A stretch of 39,757 nucleotides of DNA from Patescibacteria group bacterium (GTDB taxonomy: Bacteria > Patescibacteriota > Minisyncoccia > UBA6257 > GWB1-50-10). The position numbers and the translations under genes were made by a program. The stretch is from the NCBI GenBank assembly GCA_030018585.1, contig JASEHZ010000003.1:1-39757 (forward strand), read 5' to 3'. A model generated the notes under the pieces. That model was not told where the DNA came from, made no database searches, and saw only the letters and a list, made by a program, of their open reading frames with translations. Positions 1 through 8,535 of this stretch are shown here, piece after piece (within the stretch, counting starts at the first letter, position 1; each line of letters opens with the position of its first letter).

Positions 1-56
1 GAAATCACCTATCGATATGATTTGAGTGGATACAAGCTATTGAACTTTATTCGGAG

Positions 57-92
57 TCCTCAATTCTATAACATATGTTACAGAATTGAGGA
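57..92. repeat. Near-perfect 36-nt palindrome downstream of rseP (possible terminator or REP-like hairpin)
   Basis: tcctcaattctataacatatgttacagaattgagga; the single mismatch is a G-U pair on the minus strand; no clear U-tail. Confidence 0.5.
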
Positions 93-156
93 ATCACAAA
101 AAATCAAGGAAAACCAAGCATTTCCAGGTTTTAGCAGGTTCTAGACCTTAAAAGTA

Positions 157-1215
157 TTAAAACAATTTAACCACGTCTTTCACGGTCACCACTATCATAA
201 GCAAAACAAGGAGAGCAAAGCCGAATGCATTTATACCAATTTGGATTTTCTTTGAAATCGGCCCTCCTTTTATTTTTTCCAAAACAAGCATCAAAAATCT
301 ACCGCCATCAAGCGCCGGAAAAGGTATTAAATTTAAAACCGCCAAATTTAAAGAAATCAATGCCATAAGCTGAAATAAATAAACAAGCCCCAAAGAACCA
401 GCTTGAATTGCAATTGTGACAATACCTACCGGCCCGCTTACGCTTTCAACTATTTTTGGCGTTATAAAAATTTTTGAAAAAAATTGGGCAAAACCGACGG
501 TAATAAGTTTCAACGTATTTATTGTTGCTTTTGTTCCTTCAACAACTCCGCTAAAAAAAGAATTTGGCGGAAAACCGATTTCCGAAAGGCCAATCCCCAA
601 CGACCCCTGCCCCGCCGGCGGATTTATTCTTCCTTTGATTTTAATATCCATTAAATTTTCTCCTCGCTTTAAATTAAGATTTATTTCTTGCCCTTCTTGT
701 TCTTTCACAAAAGCAATAAAATCATTACTTTTAATTGGCGCGGATAAAACGCGATCACTGAAACTTGCTTTTATAACCACGTCGCCGCTTTTAACGCCGC
801 TTACATAAGCCGGCGAATCAGAAACAACATCCGTAATCATAAGATATTCCGGCGCACCAACAATAAAAACGCCACAGAGCACTACCCAGCCAAGCATAAT
901 ATTCATTGCCACACCAGCTAAAATAATCGCTGATCTTTTCCAAATTAATTGATTAGCAAAATTCCTTTCGTCTTTTGGCACTCCATCCTTTTCTGATGAT
1001 GAATCGTTTTCTCCAAAAATTTTTACAAAACCGCCAAAGGGCAAAAAATTGATACTGTAGCGAGTTTCGCCTTTTCCCCAAGACCATACCCGAGGCGGAA
1101 AACCAATGCCAAATTCCTCAACTTTAACCCTAAAAAACTTGGCTATTAAAAAATGGCCAAGTTCGTGAATAAAAATCAAAACTGACAAACTAACAATAAC
1201 GAGGAAAATAATCAT
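157..1215 (-). CDS. rseP: RIP (site-2) metalloprotease RseP, M50 family with PDZ domain
   Basis: HELGH zinc motif, GFPP and PFGGFV motifs, NLIPFPALDGG motif. Confidence 0.93.
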   Translation of the reverse strand: MIIFLVIVSLSVLIFIHELGHFLIAKFFRVKVEEFGIGFPPRVWSWGKGETRYSINFLPFGGFVKIFGENDSSSEKDGVPKDERNFANQLIWKRSAIILAGVAMNIMLGWVVLCGVFIVGAPEYLMITDVVSDSPAYVSGVKSGDVVIKASFSDRVLSAPIKSNDFIAFVKEQEGQEINLNLKRGENLMDIKIKGRINPPAGQGSLGIGLSEIGFPPNSFFSGVVEGTKATINTLKLITVGFAQFFSKIFITPKIVESVSGPVGIVTIAIQAGSLGLVYLFQLMALISLNLAVLNLIPFPALDGGRFLMLVLEKIKGGPISKKIQIGINAFGFALLVLLMIVVTVKDVVKLF

Positions 1216-1218
1216 AGA

Positions 1219-1776
1219 TTAAAGATCTATTTCTTTTGTTTTTGCCTCAATGACTTTTTCTATATCTTGATTTACTTTGTCGGTTTGTTTTTGAATTTCT
1301 TCTTTTAATTTGAATTTCTGATCCTCGTTTAATTCGCTGTCATCAAACGCTTTTTGCACTTTTTTATTAATCTCATCTCTCAAATGGCGGATTTTTATCC
1401 GGCGATCTTCCGCTACTCTCTTAACATGCTTTTTTAATTCTTCCCTTCGTTCAAGGCTTAATTCCGGAAGATAAATCCTAATAACATTGCCTTCGGTATT
1501 GGCTGTAAGCCCCAAAGATGAAGTTTCAATTGCTTTAACCACACTTCCCACTACGCCCTTGTCCCAAACCTGAATATGAATTTCCCGAGGCGGCGTAATT
1601 CCCACCGTGCCCAATTGTTTCAAAGGCAAAAATTGGCCGTAATAATCAACCTTAAGATCTTCAACGAGCGCCGTTGCCGGCCGGTTCGTGCGAATTCCGT
1701 TCATTTCCTTTTTTAAGGCTTCAACAATGTGCCCCGACTGATTTTTAAATTCTTCCAATAAATTTTGTGCTGACAT
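1219..1776 (-). CDS. frr: Ribosome recycling factor
   Basis: IRTNRP...V.VDYYG...PLKQL, PELSLERREEL, IRHLRDE; 185 aa. Confidence 0.95.
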   Translation of the reverse strand: MSAQNLLEEFKNQSGHIVEALKKEMNGIRTNRPATALVEDLKVDYYGQFLPLKQLGTVGITPPREIHIQVWDKGVVGSVVKAIETSSLGLTANTEGNVIRIYLPELSLERREELKKHVKRVAEDRRIKIRHLRDEINKKVQKAFDDSELNEDQKFKLKEEIQKQTDKVNQDIEKVIEAKTKEIDL

Positions 1777-2549
1777 TATTTTCTTTGAAGTTTATAATCT
1801 ATGACCTTTTTTTGGATATTATTATTTAAATTATACCTTTTTAAAAAATTTTCGCGCTCTAAAAGCCATTTAAGTAGACTTGAGTTTTTTTTAAGATTTT
1901 CGTTGCGTAAATCAATAATAGCTCCCTCCAGATTTTTTTCTAAACTATCTTCTTGTTTTTTGGTCTTTTTTTCCTCGATTAGATCCAATGCCCGACCGAT
2001 TCTTCCAAACGATTCTAAAGCTACACTTTTCGCTTTTTCTGAAGCCACAGCAAAATTCTCAATTAAAATCTTTTTAATTCGTTCTTTTGACAATCTCGTA
2101 AAATAGATTTTTGCTAAACGGGATAAAAGCGGCGGAAACAAAACCTGGTGGTCATAAGCAATAAATATTATCAAACCGTGTTTAGGCGGTTCTTCAACGA
2201 TTTTTAACATACTGCTCTGCGCCTCATCAGTAAGTAATTCCGCTTGATCAACAATTACTGTTCTTCTTGAAGATTTAAGCGGTGTTTGCCATAAAAAATT
2301 TCTTATTTTTCTTGCTTCATCAACGCTGATTATTCCCCGTTCATTAGGACCAAGAATTATGCTATCAATCAAAGGTTCTTCGAGAATCTCAAATTTTTTA
2401 TACTCTAAATAATACGTTAAACTTTGAGCAAAGTTACATTTGCCGATTTGCGCATCGCCATAAAAAAGATAAGCGTGACCCAAAGCCCCGCCATCCACTA
2501 AATTTTTAAAAGCTTTTACTTTGTCTTCATGACCGAAAAACATATCCAA
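1776..2549 (-). CDS. holB: DNA polymerase III delta-prime-like subunit (start may be ATG at 2543)
   Basis: GHE...HAYLFYG...GK, AQSSMLKIVEEPP, LLSR motifs. Confidence 0.8.
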   Translation of the reverse strand: MDMFFGHEDKVKAFKNLVDGGALGHAYLFYGDAQIGKCNFAQSLTYYLEYKKFEILEEPLIDSIILGPNERGIISVDEARKIRNFLWQTPLKSSRRTVIVDQAELLTDEAQSSMLKIVEEPPKHGLIIFIAYDHQVLFPPLLSRLAKIYFTRLSKERIKKILIENFAVASEKAKSVALESFGRIGRALDLIEEKKTKKQEDSLEKNLEGAIIDLRNENLKKNSSLLKWLLERENFLKRYNLNNNIQKKVIDYKLQRK

Positions 2550-2583
2550 TTATATTATATATGAACGAGAAAAAGTTTTTGGA

Positions 2584-3591
2584 TTACCGTTTATTTAAAA
2601 GTGTTCGTTTATAAACATCTAAATGCCCCAAGATCGTTGCCGTGCCTTTAGCCACGCACAAAATCGGCTCTTCAGCAACGTAAGCTGAAACGCCCAAAGA
2701 CCGCTTGAAAAATTCTTCAATATCTCTAAGCTGCGCGCTGCCACCCGAAAGAATAATGCCCTTTTCCATAATGTCAGCCGCGAGCTCCGGCGGCGTCACG
2801 TTGAAAACCGCTTGCACCGAACTCATAATATCAACCAAATGCGGATTAATTGCTTCTGCCACTTCATTGGAATTTATCACCAAATCGCGCGGCAAACCTG
2901 AAGAAAGATCGCGGCCGCGAATTTTAATTTCCAATTTATTGCGATTAGGCAAAACGGTACCGACGGCAATTTTTATATTTTCCGCAGTAGTTTCCCCAAT
3001 CGCCAAACCGTATTTTTTACGAATAAAATCGCTGATTGACTGGTCAAAACGATTCCCCGCTACTCTCAAACTTGACCATGCCACAATGCCGCCCAATGAA
3101 ATAACCGCCACCTCAGTTGTCCCGCCGCCCAAATTTACAACCATATTGCCTTCAGCCGAATGAATGGGAATGCCCGCGCCAAGCGAAGCCAGGAGCGGTT
3201 CCTTAACTAAATAAACTTCTTTGGCGCCGGCTTCGCGAGCCGCGTTCATTACTGCCCGATATTCGGTTGAAGTAATGCCGGCCGGCACAGAAATCACCAC
3301 TTCCGGCCGGAAAATATTAAAAGGCCCGATGCTTTTAGAAATAAAATATCTAAGCATTGCCTCGGTAATATAATACTCGGCAATCACTCCGTCTTTAAGA
3401 GGACGATAAGTCACAATATCATCCGGCGTCCGGCCAACCATTTCTTTTGCTTCAGCGCCAACCGCTAAAACCGTATTATCGGGCTTTCTTAAAGCCACGG
3501 CCGTTGGTTCATTTATCACAATGCCTTTGTCTGGCAAAAAAACTATAGTGTTCGTCGTGCCAAGATCAATGCCAATTTTTCTAATAAACAT
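2584..3591 (-). CDS. mreB: Rod shape-determining actin-like protein MreB
   Basis: IGIDLGTTNT, RPLKDGVI, GGGTTEVAVISLGG, TPPELAADI motifs. Confidence 0.95.
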   Translation of the reverse strand: MFIRKIGIDLGTTNTIVFLPDKGIVINEPTAVALRKPDNTVLAVGAEAKEMVGRTPDDIVTYRPLKDGVIAEYYITEAMLRYFISKSIGPFNIFRPEVVISVPAGITSTEYRAVMNAAREAGAKEVYLVKEPLLASLGAGIPIHSAEGNMVVNLGGGTTEVAVISLGGIVAWSSLRVAGNRFDQSISDFIRKKYGLAIGETTAENIKIAVGTVLPNRNKLEIKIRGRDLSSGLPRDLVINSNEVAEAINPHLVDIMSSVQAVFNVTPPELAADIMEKGIILSGGSAQLRDIEEFFKRSLGVSAYVAEEPILCVAKGTATILGHLDVYKRTLLNKR

Positions 3592-3648
3592 AAATATGGT
3601 AATACTTTACTACGCCCAAATACTAAATTCAACCCTTCAAAAAAAGAG

Positions 3649-4371
3649 TTATTCCAATTTCCCTAAAAACACTTTTTCTAATACATCGCTACCCAAAATT
3701 GATTCGGGCGCGCCTTCAATTGCTACCCTACCCTTGTCCAAAATATAAGCCCTACGAACAATACTTAATACTGACTTAATATTATGTTCAACAATCATAA
3801 TCGCGGTTTTATGACGCTCATTTATTTCTTTGATTTTTTGAAAAACTTCCTTAACTATTTTTGGCGCAAGACCAAGCGATGGCTCATCTAATAACAAAAC
3901 TTTCGGATCAACGATTAATCCACGCGCCAAGGCAAGCATTTGCTGTCCTCCGCCTGAAAGCATGCTCGATTTTGTTTTTAATTTATGTTTTAACAGCGGA
4001 AAAGTTTCCAATACTTCGCTAATTCTCCTTTTTACTTCCTTTTTATCCCTCACAATATAACCGCCCATTTCAAGATTCTCTAAAACAGTTAAACTGGAAA
4101 ATATTTGCCGCCCTTGAGGCACAAATGAAATTCCCAAGCCGATTACTTCGTAAGTGACTGGTTTAATTCGCTTTTCATGCCATAAAACTTCTCCAGAATG
4201 AATCGGCGTTAAACCAAAAATAGTTTTTAAAACCGTTGATTTGCCGGCGCCGTTCGGCCCCATCAAAGCCACAATTTCGCCTTCGTCCAATTTAATTTGA
4301 ACGCCGTCCAAGGCGCGAACGCCGCCATAATAAACCGCGATATTTTTAAGTTCTAATAATGTCTCCGACAT
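3649..4371 (-). CDS. livF: Branched-chain amino acid ABC transporter ATP-binding protein
   Basis: GPNGAGKST, VPQGRQIF, LSGGGQQMLA, LLLDEPSLGLAP. Confidence 0.9.
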   Translation of the reverse strand: MSETLLELKNIAVYYGGVRALDGVQIKLDEGEIVALMGPNGAGKSTVLKTIFGLTPIHSGEVLWHEKRIKPVTYEVIGLGISFVPQGRQIFSSLTVLENLEMGGYIVRDKKEVKRRISEVLETFPLLKHKLKTKSSMLSGGGQQMLALARGLIVDPKVLLLDEPSLGLAPKIVKEVFQKIKEINERHKTAIMIVEHNIKSVLSIVRRAYILDKGRVAIEGAPESILGSDVLEKVFLGKLE

Positions 4372-4822
4372 AAAGTTAAAAAGTTATAAAGTTTAAAGTT
4401 CTTAAAGTTTCTTAATAAAACCCGACAATAATCTCGCAGTTTCAAGAGCTAAATTACAACATTGCCCGAAATCTTTCTCGCCAATATACTTCAATTCAAG
4501 TGCTATATAAAGCATCGATCTTACTTCTCCGCAAGAACCTTTTGCGATATACAAAAATTGTTTTAATTCCTTATTACTCCTTCTTTCAAATCCTTCCGCA
4601 ATATTATTAGTTATGCTAATCACCGCTCTTTGGATCTGGTCTCGAAAACTAAAATCGCGATTATCTTTCAAGATCTTATATATCAACAGAGAAAGTTCTT
4701 TGCCTTTTTGCCAAGAAATAAGTTGTTCAAACTTTTCTATTTTCATATCTTTACAACTTTTTACTTTACAAACTTTATAACTTTCTAAACTTGATTAGCT
4801 TGATAACTTTACACCTTTGTCT
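4372..4822. repeat. Low-complexity AAAGTT / AACTTT short repeat arrays in inverted orientation flanking the four-helix-bundle gene
   Basis: aaagttataaagttt (4380-4394) is the exact reverse complement of aaactttataacttt (4770-4784); several more degenerate units on each side. Confidence 0.7.
4402..4746 (-). CDS. Four-helix-bundle protein (23S rRNA IVP / bAvd-like family)
   Basis: FEQLISWQK...DQIQRAVISITNNIAEGFER...FLYIAKGSCGEVRSML signature. Confidence 0.9.
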   Translation of the reverse strand: MKIEKFEQLISWQKGKELSLLIYKILKDNRDFSFRDQIQRAVISITNNIAEGFERRSNKELKQFLYIAKGSCGEVRSMLYIALELKYIGEKDFGQCCNLALETARLLSGFIKKL

Positions 4823-5587
4823 CTACTCCCCAAGATATGCTTCAACTACCTCCTTTTTCTTGAGCACTTCTTCTGGTTTGCCTTCAGCTAATAATTTGCC
4901 GCTATCCAAAACAAAAACATGATCGCAAAGCTCACGGATTAAATTCATATCATGCTCAATTAAAATCACGGTTTTGCCTTGAACACGCAATTCATTTACA
5001 ATCGCTGCTATGATTTTTGCCATTTCCCGGAAAATCCCGGCAAACGGTTCATCAAAAAGATAAATTTCCGCATTCATGGCCAGCGCCCGGGCAATTTCCA
5101 AGAGTTTCCGCTGGCCATAAGAAAGGTTTTTAGCAAGTTCGTGACGCTTTTCCCACAAGTTCACACGACGCAAAATTTCCTCGGCCCTTTTCAAATGAAA
5201 ATCACTATGTTTTTCAAATAAAGAACCAAACACATTTCTTTCGGTCAAAACAATCAGGATATTGTCCAAAACCAGCATTTGATTAAAAAGCCGAACATCT
5301 TGAAAAGTCCGGGTTATGCCGTAAGAAGAAACCTCGTAAGATTTTACTTTTGAAAGCCACACGCCGTCAAAAGAAACCTTTCCATCATCAATTGGCAAGA
5401 TACCACTTAACGCGTTAATGAGCGTTGTTTTGCCAGAACCATTAGGCCCCACAATGCCAGTCACCTTCCCTTTCTCAATCGTAATTGATAAGCCGTCAAC
5501 CGCATACACTCCGCCAAAGTGCTTTACTAAACCCCGTACAACAATTGCAATTGGTTTAATATAATTTGATTCAGTTTGATTTTCCAT
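4823..5587 (-). CDS. livG: Branched-chain amino acid ABC transporter ATP-binding protein
   Basis: FGGVYAVD, GPNGSGKTT, RTFQ, LSYGQRKLLEIARALA, V.EAYLG. Confidence 0.9.
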   Translation of the reverse strand: MENQTESNYIKPIAIVVRGLVKHFGGVYAVDGLSITIEKGKVTGIVGPNGSGKTTLINALSGILPIDDGKVSFDGVWLSKVKSYEVSSYGITRTFQDVRLFNQMLVLDNILIVLTERNVFGSLFEKHSDFHLKRAEEILRRVNLWEKRHELAKNLSYGQRKLLEIARALAMNAEIYLFDEPFAGIFREMAKIIAAIVNELRVQGKTVILIEHDMNLIRELCDHVFVLDSGKLLAEGKPEEVLKKKEVVEAYLGE

Positions 5588-5674
5588 AAATAACTATTTT
5601 GTAAAACGATTTATTACAGTAATTGTCGTACGGGGTAAATTTTTTGTTTCTAATACTTGAGTCAAAATAAAATG

Positions 5675-6808
5675 TTATTCATACTTCACAAACTGACCAT
5701 TTTTTACGGTTTTTACCACAATAGGAATTACTGGATCGCCATTTGAATCAAATTTTATTAAACCGGATACACCATCATAACTCGTTGCATATAATGCTGT
5801 TTTAATACAATCGGTATTAACGCCACATTCTTTTAGAGCGTCGGCGATAATGTAAACCGCATCATACATCAAAGGTGCAAAACCACCAGTTTCAACATTA
5901 AATTTATCTTTATAAGCCTTCATATAAGCTATTGTCTTAGGATTGCTAGTTTGCGCCAGAAAATGATAAGGATAAATAACCCTCTCGGCTAACCCCCTTA
6001 AATCTTCAACTAATTTCTGATTTTCAAATGGCGGACCAGCCAAAAATTTAGTTTTCAAACCCAATTCACTCGCCTGCTTGATAACCATTGATTGTTCTTG
6101 ATAACCACCGATAAAAAGAGCATCTGGATTTTTTGCTTTTATTTTTGTAAGCTGACTTCTAAAATCCTGATCACCCTGCGCGTAGCTTTCCTCGGTAATA
6201 ATTCTACCGCCTAATTTCTCTGCCTCACTTTTTACGGTATCTCTTAAAGCAATGCCGAATTCGTTATTTATATAAATTGTCGCAATGTTTTTAAGCTTAA
6301 GTTCTCTGATTACAACTTTCATAAGTTCAGCAGAATAATAAGAAGCTGATGGCTGTATTCTAAAAATGTAATCACCGGCACTGCTTATTGCCGGCGCAAT
6401 GGCCTCTGCCATAACAATAACTTTTGCTTTCTCGGCGATTGGCGCATTTGCTAAAACAACACCCGAGACCCAAGAACCCAACACAATTGATACTTTATTA
6501 ACGTCAACTAATTTTTGCATAACGCTGGCACCGATTTTTGCATCCGCCTGATCATCTTCATATACAACTTCTAAATTCTTACCATTAATACCCCCCCCCC
6601 CCGCACTATTTACTTCTCCACGAGCAAGCTCAATAGCATTTTGTATTTCCTTGCCATAAAATTCATTCTTGCCACTTAACGGTAAAACTGCACCAATCTT
6701 GATAGTTTCATTCGAAACCGGTTTATTGCCCACGAAATATACAATCACAACGACTACAATAATACCTACCACCCACCACCATATATTTTTTGATTTATTA
6801 GTTTCCAT
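5675..6808 (-). CDS. LivJ/LivK-type ABC substrate-binding protein, N-terminal membrane anchor
   Basis: IKIGAVLPLSG, GING..LEVVYEDD, DFRSQLTKIK, YDAVYI, GVSG.IKFD.NGD. Confidence 0.88.
   Translation of the reverse strand: METNKSKNIWWWVVGIIVVVVIVYFVGNKPVSNETIKIGAVLPLSGKNEFYGKEIQNAIELARGEVNSAGGGGINGKNLEVVYEDDQADAKIGASVMQKLVDVNKVSIVLGSWVSGVVLANAPIAEKAKVIVMAEAIAPAISSAGDYIFRIQPSASYYSAELMKVVIRELKLKNIATIYINNEFGIALRDTVKSEAEKLGGRIITEESYAQGDQDFRSQLTKIKAKNPDALFIGGYQEQSMVIKQASELGLKTKFLAGPPFENQKLVEDLRGLAERVIYPYHFLAQTSNPKTIAYMKAYKDKFNVETGGFAPLMYDAVYIIADALKECGVNTDCIKTALYATSYDGVSGLIKFDSNGDPVIPIVVKTVKNGQFVKYE
6591..6602 (-). repeat. G12 homopolymer within the binding-protein CDS
   Basis: 12 consecutive C on plus strand, encoding AGGGGING. 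Confidence 0.9.
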
Positions 6809-6831
6809 GATTTTTCTTTTTATTCATTTTT

Positions 6832-6972
6832 CCCAGTAGTAGAAACTCGATTAATTTTTATTTAATGAAATTCGACTTGTTTTATAACTCTTGTATTTTA
6901 TGCCCATTTTCGTGATTTCTCGAAAAATCTTTTATTCGCCTGTAGCGAAACAATCGAGTTTTCACTACTGGG
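6832..6972. mobile_element. Empty MITE-like element, 21-bp imperfect terminal inverted repeats
   Basis: cccagtagtagaaactcgatt (6832-6852) / aatcgagttttcactactggg (6952-6972), 19/21 match; ttttt on both sides. Confidence 0.6.
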
Positions 6973-7092
6973 TTTTTGACCTTTTTCTGCTTCTGCTATT
7001 TCCGCCGACTAAACGGAACGCATGTTTTTTACCCCCACACCATAAGATAAATTATAACTTATACTCTCCCATTAATCCTTGCGGACGGTAAA

Positions 7093-7376
7093 CCCCCACA
7101 CCAAATTTATTTTAAACTCTCCACTAATCTCTTTTTGAGTTGTGTAAAGGCTCGACTTCGAAGTTTTGGGCTTGATTCTCTGCGTCGAGCGTCCGACTCC
7201 GCTTTGTACGCCTCGAAACACAACAACTCAAAGGGACAACGAGTTTTTGTGGAAAATATTTTTCCACTATTATGCTCTTGAAGTCGTCGTCTCAAATCAT
7301 TAATCGAACCAATATAAAATTTATCGTCTTTCAAGTTTTTTAAAATATAGACGTAGAACATAATTTGGTGTGGGGG
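7093..7376 (-). mobile_element. Inverted-repeat-bounded GIY-YIG cassette 1
   Basis: acccccacaccaaatt (7092-7107) / aatttggtgtgggggt (7362-7377) perfect; taaa direct repeat at 7089-7092 and 7377-7380; extra arm copy at 7028-7042. Confidence 0.7.
7107..7361 (-). CDS. Small GIY-YIG nuclease (UPF0213/SLX1-like)
   Basis: FYVYIL...FYIG...DLRRRLQEHN...RE motif set. Confidence 0.85.
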   Translation of the reverse strand: MFYVYILKNLKDDKFYIGSINDLRRRLQEHNSGKIFSTKTRCPFELLCFEAYKAESDARRRESSPKLRSRAFTQLKKRLVESLK

Positions 7377-7383
7377 TAAAGCA

Positions 7384-8250
7384 TCATAATTTATATTCCC
7401 CGATCAGACCCTGAGGTCTATATAACATTAACAGCATCAATATAATCCCGTAAATCACCTGACGCATTTGAGCTGCAATTTCATTAGGCATGCCCACAAA
7501 GCGCAAAATTTCCGGAATTAAAACCAAAAATATCGCGCCCAAAATTGAACCGCGCAAATTCGCAAGCCCGCCCAAAATAATTATTGCCAAAATAAAAATT
7601 GATTCGTTTAAAGTAAAAGTTGACGGGTCAATAAAAGAAATATAAGCCGCGAACAAAGAACCAGCCACAGCTGCTATAGCTCCGCCAATAACAAAAATAG
7701 AAAGCTTATAATGATGGGTATTATAACCGAAAACCTGCAATGCTTTTTCGTCTTCCCGAATACCTTTTAAAACTCTGCCGAAAGAAGAATCAACAACAAA
7801 ACAAGATATAAAATAAACAAGGACTGCAAATAAAACAACCAACATTAAAAATATCAGATTCTCGGAAAAATTAATGCTAAAAATGTTTGGCCTTGGAATT
7901 CCTGGAATACCAAGCGGCCCGCGAGTTAAATCCTGCCAATTCAAAAAAATACTGAAAATAATCACATTAAAACCGAAAGAACCTAAAGCATAATAATCAT
8001 CTTTAAACCGGTTTAAAATCATACCCACTGCAAGCGCAATAATACTGGAAACAATAACTCCTATCAATATAGAAACAAAAAAACTCACTCCAAGTTTTGT
8101 GGCAAGAATTGCTGTAGCATAAACGCCAATGCCGTAAAAAGCCGCGTGAGTAACAGATAAAAGCCCCGTATAACCCACAACCAAATTCAAGCTCAAACTT
8201 AAAATCACATAAATCGCTATAAGGATTGCTAAATGTATTAGATATTCCAT
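7384..8250 (-). CDS. livM: Branched-chain amino acid ABC transporter permease
   Basis: SLNLVVGYTGLLS..HAAFYGIG, LTRGPLGI, S.FGR.L..IREDE, RPQGL.G. Confidence 0.9.
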   Translation of the reverse strand: MEYLIHLAILIAIYVILSLSLNLVVGYTGLLSVTHAAFYGIGVYATAILATKLGVSFFVSILIGVIVSSIIALAVGMILNRFKDDYYALGSFGFNVIIFSIFLNWQDLTRGPLGIPGIPRPNIFSINFSENLIFLMLVVLFAVLVYFISCFVVDSSFGRVLKGIREDEKALQVFGYNTHHYKLSIFVIGGAIAAVAGSLFAAYISFIDPSTFTLNESIFILAIIILGGLANLRGSILGAIFLVLIPEILRFVGMPNEIAAQMRQVIYGIILMLLMLYRPQGLIGEYKL

Positions 8251-8507
8251 CCCGTACGAAACAGGAAACGCTTTAAACGAGATTTAATAAAACGTTTTCC
8301 TCCTCCTGATTTTAAATATAACTCTCTCGACCTTGCATCGTCTTGATCAATACAAGCCTCATAATAAATTAATTTGAACGGACCTCGTCCTTTTGTATAA
8401 GTTGACTTGCCATCATTATGTTCTTTAAAACGCTTCCGTAGATCATTTGTATACCCAGTATATAATTTACCATTTTTTAAACTCTTCAAGATATAAACGT
8501 AAAACAT
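8238..8507 (-). CDS. Small GIY-YIG nuclease (UPF0213/SLX1-like); probable start ATG 8507, upstream ATG 8534 is the duplicated livM start
   Basis: MFYVYILKS...LYTGYTNDLRKRFKEHN...RELYLKSGGG. Confidence 0.88.
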   Translation of the reverse strand: MFYVYILKSLKNGKLYTGYTNDLRKRFKEHNDGKSTYTKGRGPFKLIYYEACIDQDDARSRELYLKSGGGKRFIKSRLKRFLFRTGWNI

Positions 8508-8529
8508 GTCTGATTTGTTTCGTACGGGA
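8250..8529 (-). mobile_element. Inverted-repeat-bounded GIY-YIG cassette 2 inserted at the livM start codon
   Basis: atcccgtacgaaaca (8249-8263) / tgtttcgtacgggat (8516-8530) perfect; tccat direct repeat at 8246-8250 and 8530-8534. Confidence 0.8.
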
Positions 8530-8535
8530 TCCATA

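Noticed and set aside
1-144. Open plus-strand frame ending in TAG at 144
   Set aside because: Only 47 codons at the window edge, no recognisable motif, and it overlaps a palindrome; cannot be supported
4402-4746. Diversity-generating retroelement suggested by the Avd-like protein
   Set aside because: No reverse transcriptase and no TR/VR pair with adenine-specific mismatches seen in the window
6891-7091. 66-aa plus-strand ORF
   Set aside because: Antisense to the operon and runs across repeat arms; no protein features
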